From: Nitrospira japonica
GTDB taxonomy: Bacteria > Nitrospirota > Thermodesulfovibrionia > Thermodesulfovibrionales > SM23-35
Length of the DNA stretch: 64,000 nucleotides
Reading direction: 5' to 3'
NCBI GenBank assembly: GCA_020725385.1
Contig: DYFC01000017.1
Span: 9,055-73,054, forward strand
Shown here: in pieces, positions 35,760 to 46,320 of the stretch
How the letters are laid out: each line of letters starts with the position of its first letter
How positions within the stretch are numbered: position 1 is the first letter of the stretch
The notes under the pieces: model-generated
Database searches by the model: none
The model's input: only the letters and a program-made list of their open reading frames with translations
Told to the model about the DNA's origin: nothing
Position numbers and translations under genes: made by a program

Positions 35760-35997
35760 GGAACTTTTTGCTCTGGATAGGTCTTCCGGCTTAGGGCAGT
35801 TTAATTTCTTTTCTACTAACCCGCCTTCCCGGAGAAACCGTTCAAACTGTTCAATCAGTTCTAACAGTCTTACTCCAGTGGCTTAAAGACAGTGATTGAA
35901 ATTCTTCTAATTCACTGTTTTCCCGGGTTTTCGTTCCCATCACGGCTGCGGGGCAGCGGGAGAATTGCCATTGGCTCACTCCTCTTCCCTGACTTCC
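35760..35997 (-). promoter_or_regulatory. Cobalamin (AdoCbl-type) riboswitch 2, paralog of riboswitch 1
   Basis: Minus-strand reading contains cagggaagaggagtgagccaatggcaattctcccgctgccccgcagccgtga, then gccactggag, then taagccggaagacctatcc. Long stretches are near-identical to 28560..28812. Confidence 0.85.
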
Positions 35998-36175
35998 GAA
36001 TATTTTATAACATATCACACAGATAATTTTCAATTGAAAAGCGAATAGCGTAGAGCGAAGAGCAAAGAGAAAAAAATTTATAACTCGATACACGAAACTG
36101 AAAATTAGCTAACTGTAAAAAAGTTGTTAGTAATCTGTATGGAACGGATATGGAGAAAGGACACTGCTAACGGAT

Positions 36176-36574
36176 TTATTTTTTATCTGTTGATGTAAAT
36201 TTGTCTATGATTTTAGTTTCGTATTCCGGGAAATCTTCAAATGTTAGAGGCTTTTTGCGGGTAAGATTGACTTTTAAAAGTTTGAAATTAAGTTCCCTTA
36301 TTTTCTTTAAACGTTCTTTATCATCATCAATCGTATTAATCAAAGCACACATATTCATAATTTCTTTTCTTTCTTCAAGTTCTGGTGGGATACAACCTGC
36401 ATTTTTTAAAAATTTATAAGCTATTCTTAAATCTTCAGGAATCCATGTATCATCTTCAATCTCAATGGGTTTTCCCATATTTTCAAGATTGTCAAATTCA
36501 CCATTTGCCATTGCTTCACTGATACGTCTCTCGGCTATTTTCCAGAATATTTCCATAATATCTTCATTATACAA
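36176..36574 (-). CDS. DUF1992 (DnaJC28-like) domain protein
   Basis: AERRI.EA...GEFDNL...GKP motif. Confidence 0.7.
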   Translation of the reverse strand: MYNEDIMEIFWKIAERRISEAMANGEFDNLENMGKPIEIEDDTWIPEDLRIAYKFLKNAGCIPPELEERKEIMNMCALINTIDDDKERLKKIRELNFKLLKVNLTRKKPLTFEDFPEYETKIIDKFTSTDKK

Positions 36575-36668
36575 AAAATATAACTTTTTAAAATACAGAT
36601 AATTGATCTGAAAAATATTTTTTCTAATTAAGCTTGTTATTGCAACATTAATACGATAAAGTATAAAT

Positions 36669-37592
36669 ATGGCTAATAATTTACTGAATCAACTTCAGAG
36701 TCAGATTGAAATAGTTATAAAAGGTAAGAGTAATGCCATAAAAATGGCTCTTTTGACATTGCTTTCAAAAGGGCATTTGCTCATTGAAGATATTCCCGGT
36801 GTTGGAAAAACAACTCTTGCCTATACAATTGCGAAATCAATAAACTGTTCATTTCAGAGAATACAATTCACAAGCGACCTGCTGCCCACAGATATAATCG
36901 GGGTGAATATTTATAATCCAGAAACAAGAGAATTTGAATTTAGAAGAGGGCCGATCTTTTCGAACATTGTACTTGCTGATGAAATAAACAGAACAAATCC
37001 CAAGACACAATCAGCACTTCTTGAAGCAATGAATGAAAGAAGGATATCTGTTGAAAGGAAAACTTATTTATTACCCGAACCATTTATGGTAATAGCTACA
37101 CAGAATCCGGTTGAATATCACGGGACTTTTCCATTACCTGAAAGCCAGCTTGACAGGTTTATGATGCATATAAAGATCGGATATCCTGAAAGAGAATATG
37201 AAAAACAAGTTTTATTGCAGCCATCACCAATCGAAATTGCCGATACAATAAAGCCGATTATTACTTCTAATGATATTATCAAAATGCAAAAAGAAATTGA
37301 AAATATAGAAGTTGAAGAAAGTCTTCTCGATTACATTATGTCAATTATTGCTGAAACAAGAAAAGATGATAGAATAAGACTCGGAGTTAGTCCGAGAGGA
37401 GGACAATTTCTTTTACGTGTCTCAAAATCTGCTGCATACTTTGAGGGAAGACATTATGTTCTTCCTGGAGATATAAGGGAGCTCGCTCCATTAGTATTCG
37501 GACATAGAATTATACTTAAAACAAAATCTTATATATCGGATGCAGAAAAAGTAATAGAAGATATACTTCATAAAATTCCCTTACCACTATGA
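36669..37592 (+). CDS. MoxR-family AAA+ ATPase
   Basis: Walker A GVPGVGKT, Walker B LADEINR, ATQNP sensor motif. Confidence 0.9.
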   Translation: MANNLLNQLQSQIEIVIKGKSNAIKMALLTLLSKGHLLIEDIPGVGKTTLAYTIAKSINCSFQRIQFTSDLLPTDIIGVNIYNPETREFEFRRGPIFSNIVLADEINRTNPKTQSALLEAMNERRISVERKTYLLPEPFMVIATQNPVEYHGTFPLPESQLDRFMMHIKIGYPEREYEKQVLLQPSPIEIADTIKPIITSNDIIKMQKEIENIEVEESLLDYIMSIIAETRKDDRIRLGVSPRGGQFLLRVSKSAAYFEGRHYVLPGDIRELAPLVFGHRIILKTKSYISDAEKVIEDILHKIPLPL

Positions 37593-38593
37593 GACTTACA
37601 AAAGAGGGCAGGAGACTTGTCATTGCCACAGCGCTTATAAGCATTACCGCTCTTAACACAGGAAATAATCTAATTTATCTCATACTTTCACTTCTACTAT
37701 CCATTATATTTATATCGATTATTATTCTTAGAAATAACATGAAAAACCTTACTTTAAATGTAATTCAAAATAAACCTATTTTTGCAAACACACCTTCTGA
37801 GATTTTATTGAGACTAAAAAATATGAAAGGCTTCCCGGCCCGTTCTATAAAAGTTTTATCATCAAGTGGTATGAAAGAGGATGCTTATTTCCCCGAGATT
37901 CTTCCATATAAAGAGATATTTGCCAATGTCAATGTGATTTTTAAGAAAAGAGGATTATACAAGTATGGTGATTTTTATCTTGAATCAGGCTATCCTTTCA
38001 TTTTTTTTAAAAGAACAATTTTATGCAATGTTAAAGGAGAAATAATTGTCTATCCCGAGATTAAAGAACAGTCACATTTTTTGCAATCTTATATCAGAGA
38101 AGGTCAAGAAAGTATTAGTCAAAAGATAGGCGAGGGTGAGGATTTTTCGATGGTTAGAGAATTCAGATATGGCGATGATAGCCGTAAAATACACTGGAAA
38201 GCATCAGCAAAAACAGAAAAACTTCTTGTTATGGAATACGATGCTTCTGAGATCAGAAAATTAACTATAATTCTTGATAACCTTGATGTACCTGATAAAT
38301 ACGATTTTGAAAAAGCTGTTTCATTTGCAGCATCTGTTGCTGATTATTATATAACACAAGGTTACTATGTAAGGCTCTTAACCTGTGGAAAAGTTGTGCC
38401 TTTTGGCATAGGGCAGGAACATTTATTCAAAATACTTGATGTTCTTGCTGTTATTGAAAGTAAAAGCTTATGGGAATGTCCTCTTACTTTTTATTCAGAT
38501 GGTATTACTTTATTAATACTAAATTCATATGTATCTTCGATGAATAAATTTATTTCATCAGCAGACATGGTTTTTTATGCTCAGGACTTATAA
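37589..38593 (+). CDS. DUF58-domain protein (MoxR partner)
   Basis: N-terminal TM hairpin and the REFRYGDDSRKIHWKASAK motif typical of DUF58. 4-nt overlap with moxR. Confidence 0.8.
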   Translation: MRLTKEGRRLVIATALISITALNTGNNLIYLILSLLLSIIFISIIILRNNMKNLTLNVIQNKPIFANTPSEILLRLKNMKGFPARSIKVLSSSGMKEDAYFPEILPYKEIFANVNVIFKKRGLYKYGDFYLESGYPFIFFKRTILCNVKGEIIVYPEIKEQSHFLQSYIREGQESISQKIGEGEDFSMVREFRYGDDSRKIHWKASAKTEKLLVMEYDASEIRKLTIILDNLDVPDKYDFEKAVSFAASVADYYITQGYYVRLLTCGKVVPFGIGQEHLFKILDVLAVIESKSLWECPLTFYSDGITLLILNSYVSSMNKFISSADMVFYAQDL

Positions 38594-40487
38594 TATATTA
38601 ACAGCCATAATTGCTCTTACAGGAAGTGTAAGTCTTTTCATATCAGGGGAGATAAATCCAGTTTTTTTATTCAGCCTTGTTGTAATGATATATGGGTATT
38701 TCCGCGTGGTAAAAAATATGCCACAGGCTCCAAAGTGGACTATAAATTTACTTTCTATTACAACTTTAATTATTTTCTTGCTGGATGCATTTATTGCATC
38801 TGATGATTATCTTGTAAGTGTTGCAAATCTTACGATATTATTTCAGGCAATAAAAAGCTTTGATTTAAGGGAACCATGGGATAATCTTCAAGTCTTTTTC
38901 ATGTCTTTATTGCAGTTAATAATCACCTCTGAATTTACGAATTCAATATTATTTGGTGGAATATTTATTGTTTTTCTATCGTCATCAGTCAGTGCAATTA
39001 TACTCGCTCATTTTATAAAAATAGGTTTGAAAGAAAAAATAGTTCTTACAAAACCAATGGTTTTAATTACTCTGATAACATTTGCTCTTACAACAATTTT
39101 ATTTATAAGTATTCCAAGAATTGCAGGTGGTATTTGGGGTAAGGGTCATAAAAAAGGCATAAAAACAGCAGGATTTTCAGAAAGAGTTAATTTTGGATCA
39201 TTTGGAACTGTAAAACTCGACCCGACAATTGTAATGCGTATTGAATTAAGCGGCAAAGAAAGAAAAGACTTTTACTGGAGAGGTATGACGCTTGATTATT
39301 TTAACGGAATAATGTGGGAGAATACGGAAAGTGGAAGGAGATTGATATATAAACGTGAAGGATTTTTTACAATAAAACCTTTTAAAAAAGAAAATACATT
39401 AATACAGAAAATTTATCTTGAACCAATTGATACTGAAATCATCTTCGGAATCCCGTTAATTGTAGCTATTGAAACAAACAGCAGGATCATCTCAATGGAT
39501 GAAACAAATACAATATATGTACCAATGAAAAAAAATAAACAATTATTTTACACAGTGTATAGCGTTGATGAACCAATTTATTCAGGCTTTATAGAGAAAA
39601 AATATCTTCAATTGCCTGAGAGTATGGATAGAATCAAAGAGCTTGCAAGTAATATAGTTAAAGGAAAAAATAAAACTTTAGATAAAGCTATGGCAATTGA
39701 AAAACATCTTAAAGAAAAATACTCTTATACACTTAATGTTCCGGAACCTTCACGTGGAATGAATCCGATTGATGATTTTTTATTTAGGACAAAAAAGGGG
39801 TACTGTGAACATTACGCTACTGCAATGGTACTTATGTTAAGGTCTATCGGGATACCTTCCCGTATTGTAACAGGATTTTATGGTGGTGAAATCAATTCTT
39901 ATGGAGGTTATTTAATAGTCAGGCAAAGTAACGCACATTCCTGGGTGGAGGCAGTTATAGGCAATGAATGGAGAAAATTTGATCCAACTCCTGCAGTTTC
40001 TGTTGAAAAACCATCGATAATAATGCTCTATCTTGATATGATGAAAATGCAATGGAATAGATACGTTGTATCATTTAGTTCGTCGGATCAAAAAAACATT
40101 TTTAATTTATTAACATTTCCATTCAGAATACCTGACATGCCTGATTTCAGATTAAAAAAGATAAAGGATATACTATCCTTCGTTTTAATTGCTCTTATAA
40201 TAAGCACAATAGCGTTATTAATTCATAAATCATCAAAGAAAAAACATTATACCTATCCGACAATTCAATATATAAAAGCAATCGGAATATTAAAGAAAAA
40301 AGGGATAAAAATAACCGATAAAATGACTTCAACTGATATTAGGAGATTTATTAAAAAAGATGGTTTGAAAGAAAAAGTAGAAGAATTAATCACCATGTAC
40401 GAAGAACATAGATTCGGCAAAAAGACATTAACTCATGAAGAAAAGAAAAGATATAAAATGCTTTTGAAACAAATAAAAGCAATCTAA
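38577..40487 (+). CDS. Transglutaminase-like membrane protein (TgpA-type: polytopic N-terminus + TGase core + C-terminal TM)
   Basis: GYCEHYATAMVLMLRSIGIPSRIVTGF...NAHSWVE...FDPT catalytic Cys-His-Asp core. Confidence 0.8.
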   Translation: MLRTYNILTAIIALTGSVSLFISGEINPVFLFSLVVMIYGYFRVVKNMPQAPKWTINLLSITTLIIFLLDAFIASDDYLVSVANLTILFQAIKSFDLREPWDNLQVFFMSLLQLIITSEFTNSILFGGIFIVFLSSSVSAIILAHFIKIGLKEKIVLTKPMVLITLITFALTTILFISIPRIAGGIWGKGHKKGIKTAGFSERVNFGSFGTVKLDPTIVMRIELSGKERKDFYWRGMTLDYFNGIMWENTESGRRLIYKREGFFTIKPFKKENTLIQKIYLEPIDTEIIFGIPLIVAIETNSRIISMDETNTIYVPMKKNKQLFYTVYSVDEPIYSGFIEKKYLQLPESMDRIKELASNIVKGKNKTLDKAMAIEKHLKEKYSYTLNVPEPSRGMNPIDDFLFRTKKGYCEHYATAMVLMLRSIGIPSRIVTGFYGGEINSYGGYLIVRQSNAHSWVEAVIGNEWRKFDPTPAVSVEKPSIIMLYLDMMKMQWNRYVVSFSSSDQKNIFNLLTFPFRIPDMPDFRLKKIKDILSFVLIALIISTIALLIHKSSKKKHYTYPTIQYIKAIGILKKKGIKITDKMTSTDIRRFIKKDGLKEKVEELITMYEEHRFGKKTLTHEEKKRYKMLLKQIKAI

Positions 40488-40538
40488 TTTATAAAGTTAG
40501 AGCAAAAATATAATATATATGCTATCGTAAAAAGTTAT

Positions 40539-41639
40539 ATGTTAGCTTTACGAAACATTTTAAGGAGAAAGGTCAGAACACTAATAACTATTCTTGGTGT
40601 AGCGATTGGAATTTCACTTTTTGTTACTGCAATTTCTTTCAGTCATGGTTTTCAGAAGCAAATGTATGACATAATAAAAAATTACCAGGTTGATATTACT
40701 ATTCAAAGAAAAGGCTCCCCAACTCCTATACATTCAAGAATTACACGGGAAGATTATCAGAGACTTCAAAATATTGAGGAAATAGAGGGGATTTCAAGCA
40801 TGATTATAGGAACTATAAGGACAAAATGGAATCCATATTTCATGATAATCGGAGTTTCAAATGACATTTTGAATTATAGGATTGGATTACTTGAGGGCAG
40901 GGTAATGCTTCCAGATAAAAAGGAAGCAATTATTGGCCAGCTTGCTTCTGAAATGTTTAATTATGGAATTAATAGCGAGATTGAGATTGGAGAAGATGAA
41001 GTTTATAAAATTACAGGTATATATTCTACCTCGATAAGAATAATTGATGGAGCAATTTGCCTTAATTTAGAAGATGTTAGAAGGATACTAAGATTCAGTG
41101 ATTATGCCAATATGCTTTTTATTCGTGTTAAACATGATGCCGATCCTGTAACTGTAATACGGAAGATTAACAATAATTTTCCCGAACTTTATGCTGCAAG
41201 GAGCAGTGATTTTTCATCTCAAATGAGATTAAATAATACTGTTAAAGCTTTTGTATGGGCAATAACTGTTATTTCACTTTTTACTAGTTGCATCATTGTA
41301 AGCAATACATTAATTATGTCTATAACCGAAAGGACACGTGAAATAGGTATCCTTGTGGCTGTCGGATGGAGCAGACTCAGAATAATCAAAATGATTATGA
41401 ATGAAGCATTGTTGATAAGTTTTGCAGGGTGTCTTCTTGGAAATATTATCGGGATAATTCAATTGTGGATACTTAATTATGTAAATATAGCAGGACCGGG
41501 GTGGATTCCTGTTTCAATATCATTCTGGATATTTCTTCAATCTATTATATTCTCCACCATTGTTGGTGTTTTAAGTGCTATTTCACCAGCAATAATAGCG
41601 TCGAAATTACTTCCTGCAGAAGCATTAAGATATGAATAA
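40539..41639 (+). CDS. FtsX/MacB-like ABC transporter permease
   Basis: N-terminal TM, periplasmic domain, and a C-terminal FtsX 3-TM bundle (TERTREIGILVAVGW). Confidence 0.7.
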   Translation: MLALRNILRRKVRTLITILGVAIGISLFVTAISFSHGFQKQMYDIIKNYQVDITIQRKGSPTPIHSRITREDYQRLQNIEEIEGISSMIIGTIRTKWNPYFMIIGVSNDILNYRIGLLEGRVMLPDKKEAIIGQLASEMFNYGINSEIEIGEDEVYKITGIYSTSIRIIDGAICLNLEDVRRILRFSDYANMLFIRVKHDADPVTVIRKINNNFPELYAARSSDFSSQMRLNNTVKAFVWAITVISLFTSCIIVSNTLIMSITERTREIGILVAVGWSRLRIIKMIMNEALLISFAGCLLGNIIGIIQLWILNYVNIAGPGWIPVSISFWIFLQSIIFSTIVGVLSAISPAIIASKLLPAEALRYE

Positions 41640-41674
41640 TCCGGATATTTTTATGGAAATACTATATTAATATT

Positions 41675-42265
41675 ATGAAAATTAAAAGTTTCGATATTTT
41701 TATTTTTTTTAATATTATTCTTTTTATACTAATGTGCATATTTGTATATTACGATAGATTTATACTTTATAGAGGGTCAGAAAATATTCTCGAATTTTAT
41801 GCATATGCTTTTTTTGATCTTTTAATAATAACAATATGCTGGATATATTTTAGGAATTATGAAATAAATTTGATTACGCTCTGTCTTATAGAATTCGGAA
41901 TACTTATTCATTTTGGAGGTGGTCTTATAAATATTGATGGCAAAAGGCTGTACGATAATTATTTTTTCCAGATACGCTATGATAAGTATGTTCATTTTAT
42001 AAATTCATTTATTGCATGTGTAATTACAAGAAAAGTACTTAATAATTTTGGTTTCAGTATAAGAAGACTTGAAGGGTTTGTAGTGATTTTGATTGTTCTT
42101 GGTATGGGGGCTTTAATCGAAATAGTAGAGTATATTGTTGTCAGTACAGTGCCAGGTGCAGGAGTTGGAGGCTATGACAATAATATGCAGGACATGATTG
42201 CTAATTTTGCCGGAGGGACATTTTATTCAATAATAAAGAGATTAATACAAAAATTTTATCTTTAA
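41675..42265 (+). CDS. Integral membrane protein, possibly DUF2238/YjdF-like
   Basis: 5-6 predicted TM helices. YDKYVHF and IEIVEY motifs are reminiscent of DUF2238. Confidence 0.4.
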   Translation: MKIKSFDIFIFFNIILFILMCIFVYYDRFILYRGSENILEFYAYAFFDLLIITICWIYFRNYEINLITLCLIEFGILIHFGGGLINIDGKRLYDNYFFQIRYDKYVHFINSFIACVITRKVLNNFGFSIRRLEGFVVILIVLGMGALIEIVEYIVVSTVPGAGVGGYDNNMQDMIANFAGGTFYSIIKRLIQKFYL

Positions 42266-42281
42266 TTCGGTTAATTTCAGG

Positions 42282-42950
42282 CTAAACATAATAGTCTTCA
42301 TCTTTTTGCCAGCCATGCTTTCCAATTAAAGGCACAAAAACACATGGTGTATGTGTTTCTTTCTCAAGTTTACCTTTTGATTTTATGACTTTAAGAAGAA
42401 CTTGTGAAAATCTATCCCCGACAGGCGCAATTATTATTCCATTGTTATCTGAAAGCTGCTCAATTAAAGGCTGTGGTATTTGAGGTGTTCCGGCAGTTAT
42501 TAATATTCTGTCAAAAGGTGATTTTTCTTCCCATCCCAATGTCCCATCACCTGTTTTTATGTTTATATTTTTATAGAAAAGCGAATTTAAGATATTTTTT
42601 GCACTTTCCGCAAGTTGTTCGATACGTTCAATGGAATATACTTCTTTTGCAAGTTCAGCGAGAATTGCTGTCTGGTATCCTGATCCAGTTCCTATTTCAA
42701 GCACTTTTTCATCTCCTTTGAGCTCAAGAAGTTCTGTCATTATAGCTACCATATATGGTTGGGAAATTGTTTGACCTTCTCCAATTGAAAGAGCCATGTC
42801 ATCATAGGCTCTTGGTTGTATATTTTCCGGAACGAACAAATGTCTTGGAACTTTTCTCATGGCATCAAGGACACGATCATCGCTGATACCACGGGGTATC
42901 AGCTGGGTTCTAACCATATATTCTCTTAAATCTTTAAAATCCATCATCAT
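42282..42950 (-). CDS. pcm: Protein-L-isoaspartate O-methyltransferase
   Basis: TISQPYMVA, VLEIGTGSGYQTA motifs. Confidence 0.9.
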   Translation of the reverse strand: MMMDFKDLREYMVRTQLIPRGISDDRVLDAMRKVPRHLFVPENIQPRAYDDMALSIGEGQTISQPYMVAIMTELLELKGDEKVLEIGTGSGYQTAILAELAKEVYSIERIEQLAESAKNILNSLFYKNINIKTGDGTLGWEEKSPFDRILITAGTPQIPQPLIEQLSDNNGIIIAPVGDRFSQVLLKVIKSKGKLEKETHTPCVFVPLIGKHGWQKDEDYYV

Positions 42951-44326
42951 ATCCTCTTTAGTATTTCTCTTGCAGCGATTACTCCTGAAGCAGAAGCCTG
43001 TATTAATCCTCTGCTTACACCTGCGCCATCTCCCACTGCAAAAAGATTTCTAATCTCAGTTTCGAGTTGATTAGAAAGTTTCAATTGTATTGAATAAAAT
43101 TTTACCTCAACTCCATATAAAAGTGTATGCTCTGAATTAACACCAGAAGCAATACAATCAAGCGCTTCGATCATTTCTGTAATATCTGCAAGATAACGAT
43201 AAGGGAGTGCAAAGCTAAGATCGCCCGGAGTTGCATCAGACAATGTTGGAACAACTTCTCCTTTTTCAATTCTTTCAGCAGTTGATCTTCTGCCATTTTT
43301 CAGATCTCCCAGACGTTGAACCAGTACACCTTTGCCAAGTAGATTAGCGAGTCCTGCTATATATCTTCCATAAGATATAGGATCTTTAAAGGGTTCTGTG
43401 AATGTAGTGCTTACAAGAATCGCAAAATTTGTATTTAATGTTTTTTTGTCAGTATAGCTGTGACCGTTAACTGTCCATATACCTTTTAAATATTCTTTTA
43501 CTACCTCTCCATAAGGATTTACACAGAAAGTTCTTACTCGATCATTAAATTTTTTTGATTTAAAAATAAGTTTTGGTTCGTATGTAATTTCTGTTATTTT
43601 TTCAAGCACTTTCGCGGGCAATTCTACTCTAACACCAATGTCAACCGGATTTTGAAGTACAGGAAGTTTTAAACGTTTCACCTCTTTTTCAAGCCATCTT
43701 GAACCTTCACGCCCGGGTGCGAGAATGAGGTATTCAGAAAAATATTTTGTGCCATTCTTTAATTTTATACCGCAGACACTGTTTCTATGCATCAATATCT
43801 TTTCAGCTTCGGATAAAAATAAAATATCTATTTTATCTTTAATATATGCTTTTATATTTTCAAGAACAATTCTGCATCTGTCAGTTCCTATATGCCTTAT
43901 CTTTGACGGGATTAAAGATAAATCATATTTTAAGGCAATCGAAGAAAGATTTTTAATTGCTTCTTTATCTTCACCATAAATATGGTCAGGGGCACCATAT
44001 TTAACATAGATACTATCCGTGTAATTTATTAAATCTTCGAGCGAATTTTTATCAATATATCTCGAAAGAAAACCACCAATATCAGTCGAAAGTGTGAGCT
44101 TACCATCACTAAAAGCACCTGCTCCTCCCCAACCACTCAAAAGTGCGCACTCAGGACAGGTCATGCATTTTGTTTTTTTAACCTTCATCGGGCAGATTCT
44201 ATTATGAATATCTTTGCCTTTATCTATCATTAAAATGTGTAAATTATTATCTTCTCTGAGAAGTTCAAGAGCAGCAAATATACCGGCAGGACCCGCACCT
44301 ACAATTATGACATCATATCTTTTCAT
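42947..44326 (-). CDS. FAD-dependent oxidoreductase (COG2509-like)
   Basis: N-terminal VIIVGAGPAGIFAA dinucleotide-binding motif and C-terminal GDGAG motif. Confidence 0.75.
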   Translation of the reverse strand: MKRYDVIIVGAGPAGIFAALELLREDNNLHILMIDKGKDIHNRICPMKVKKTKCMTCPECALLSGWGGAGAFSDGKLTLSTDIGGFLSRYIDKNSLEDLINYTDSIYVKYGAPDHIYGEDKEAIKNLSSIALKYDLSLIPSKIRHIGTDRCRIVLENIKAYIKDKIDILFLSEAEKILMHRNSVCGIKLKNGTKYFSEYLILAPGREGSRWLEKEVKRLKLPVLQNPVDIGVRVELPAKVLEKITEITYEPKLIFKSKKFNDRVRTFCVNPYGEVVKEYLKGIWTVNGHSYTDKKTLNTNFAILVSTTFTEPFKDPISYGRYIAGLANLLGKGVLVQRLGDLKNGRRSTAERIEKGEVVPTLSDATPGDLSFALPYRYLADITEMIEALDCIASGVNSEHTLLYGVEVKFYSIQLKLSNQLETEIRNLFAVGDGAGVSRGLIQASASGVIAAREILKRI

Positions 44327-44329
44327 GTA

Positions 44330-45094
44330 TTATATTTTAATCTTAAATCTATTTTGCAGAAACTTCAGTGCATCATAATTTGTCAGGTCAAGATGAATTG
44401 GCGTAACAGAGACATAGTTATCGAGAATAGCCTGAATGTCGGTATCTTCACCATGTTCCCAGTATGGCATTCCACCGCCTATCCAATAATGCTTTTCTCC
44501 ATGTGGGTCAAATGTTTCATGAATTGAACCATCATATACTCTCTTCCCTTGACGTGTAAGTTTAAATCCTTTGAGATTGTTTATTGGTATATCGGGTACA
44601 TTTACATTGAGAAATGTATCATAAGGAAGGGAATTTTCAAGTATATACTTACCGATTTCGACCGCAACTTTCGAGGCAGTATCAAAATTAAAGGGTAGAC
44701 CGGGTTTTTTACTTAATACAAGAGAGATAGCAAAAGCAGGAATACCCATTATTGTGCTTTCAATAGCAGCTGAAACTGTTCCAGAGTAAGTTATATCATC
44801 ACCAAGGTTTGCTCCTTTATTTATTCCTGAGACAACAAATGCTGGTTTATCAGGAATGATTTTATTTATACCAACTGCAACACAATCAGTAGGGGTGCCA
44901 TTCAGACTAAATATATGATCATCAAGATGTTCTACTTTTAAGGGTCTATGCATTGTCAGAGCATGACTTACAGCGCTTCTTTCTCTGTCTGGAGCAACAA
45001 CATAAACATCACCGATTTCTTTCATTATTTTATAAAGTGAAATAATACCGGGAGAATGAACCCCGTCATCATTTGTAACAAGAATTATATTCAT
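44330..45094 (-). CDS. surE: 5'/3'-nucleotidase SurE
   Basis: MNIILVTNDDG start, GINKGANLG, YSGTV motifs. ATG 45094 is preferred over the track TTG 45109. Confidence 0.9.
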   Translation of the reverse strand: MNIILVTNDDGVHSPGIISLYKIMKEIGDVYVVAPDRERSAVSHALTMHRPLKVEHLDDHIFSLNGTPTDCVAVGINKIIPDKPAFVVSGINKGANLGDDITYSGTVSAAIESTIMGIPAFAISLVLSKKPGLPFNFDTASKVAVEIGKYILENSLPYDTFLNVNVPDIPINNLKGFKLTRQGKRVYDGSIHETFDPHGEKHYWIGGGMPYWEHGEDTDIQAILDNYVSVTPIHLDLTNYDALKFLQNRFKIKI

Positions 45095-45279
45095 ATGATA
45101 TTGTATCAAAAATATTGATGTTGTGTAATATTTTGATAAAAAGCTTGCTCTAATTGCTATTTTTATGCAAAATATATAGGTGCTTTTTTCAAAAATTCAT
45201 CCTGAAGGGGTTGGGAGAAGGATGAGCTTAATAATTTTAAAGAACAATTATCTCAGATATTTTTGTCTTTATAAATCAA

Positions 45280-46320
45280 ATGGAACAAAAACTAACTTAT
45301 AAAAAATCCGGTGTTGATATTGATGAAGGTGAACGTTTTGTTCATATTATTTCACCGATGGTCAAAAAGACGTTCCGTAAGGAAGTCTTAACCGGAATAG
45401 GTTCTTTTAATGCTCTTTTTAATATTGATACCCGAAAATACAAATCACCTGTTCTTGTAAGCGGAACAGATGGTGTAGGGACAAAACTTAAAATTGCTTT
45501 TATGATGGATAAACATGACACCGTGGGGATTGACCTTGTTGCCATGTGTGTCAATGATATTCTTACAAGTGGTGCCGAACCTTTATTTTTCCTTGATTAC
45601 TTTGCTTCCGGTAAATTGAATTCAAAAACAGCTATTAATGTAATTAAAGGTATAGTTAAAGGATGTAAGGAGGCAGGCTGTGCTTTGGTTGGTGGAGAAA
45701 CAGCAGAAATGCCGGGATTTTATCCCGAGAACGAATATGATCTTTCAGGGTTTGCTGTTGGAGTAGTTGAAAAAAAAGAAATAATTAATGGCTCAAGAAT
45801 AAGACAAGGGGATTTGCTTATAGGTATTGCTTCTGATGGTATTCATAGTAACGGATATTCATTGGTTCGTAAGTTGTTTTTTGATATAAAAAAAATGAAA
45901 GTTGATACCTATTTCCCAGAATTAAAAAAGACTCTTGGTGAAGAATTACTAAGACCGACTAAGATTTATGTTAAAGCATTTATGGCTTTAAAGAATCAAG
46001 TTGATATTAAAGGAATGGCACATATTACAGGCGGAGGGATTCCCGGAAACTTACCAAGAATTTTTCCAAGAGGTATAAGTGCTGTAATTAAAGAAAATTC
46101 ATGGGATGTCCCGGAGATTTTTAAGATTATAAGAGAAATGGGAAATGTGCCTAAAGATGATATGAGAAGAACCTTTAATATGGGTATTGGATATATTATA
46201 GTAGTACCTGAAGTTGATGCATATAATGCATTGAAAATATTAAAAAAAATAGGTTATAAGTCTTTTCTTATTGGAAATATTGTGAAAGGAGGTAAAGATG
46301 TTAGATATTCTGAAAATTAA
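45280..46320 (+). CDS. purM: Phosphoribosylformylglycinamidine cyclo-ligase (AIR synthetase)
   Basis: YKKSGVDID, GTDGVGTK, DYFA, GGETAEMPG motifs. Confidence 0.9.
   Translation: MEQKLTYKKSGVDIDEGERFVHIISPMVKKTFRKEVLTGIGSFNALFNIDTRKYKSPVLVSGTDGVGTKLKIAFMMDKHDTVGIDLVAMCVNDILTSGAEPLFFLDYFASGKLNSKTAINVIKGIVKGCKEAGCALVGGETAEMPGFYPENEYDLSGFAVGVVEKKEIINGSRIRQGDLLIGIASDGIHSNGYSLVRKLFFDIKKMKVDTYFPELKKTLGEELLRPTKIYVKAFMALKNQVDIKGMAHITGGGIPGNLPRIFPRGISAVIKENSWDVPEIFKIIREMGNVPKDDMRRTFNMGIGYIIVVPEVDAYNALKILKKIGYKSFLIGNIVKGGKDVRYSEN

Noticed and set aside
45110-45279. Purine or ZTP riboswitch upstream of purM
   Set aside because: Only a simple 7-bp hairpin is seen (tcatcct...aggatga). There are no conserved purine-riboswitch loops and no ZTP CCGCCTGGG-type motif.
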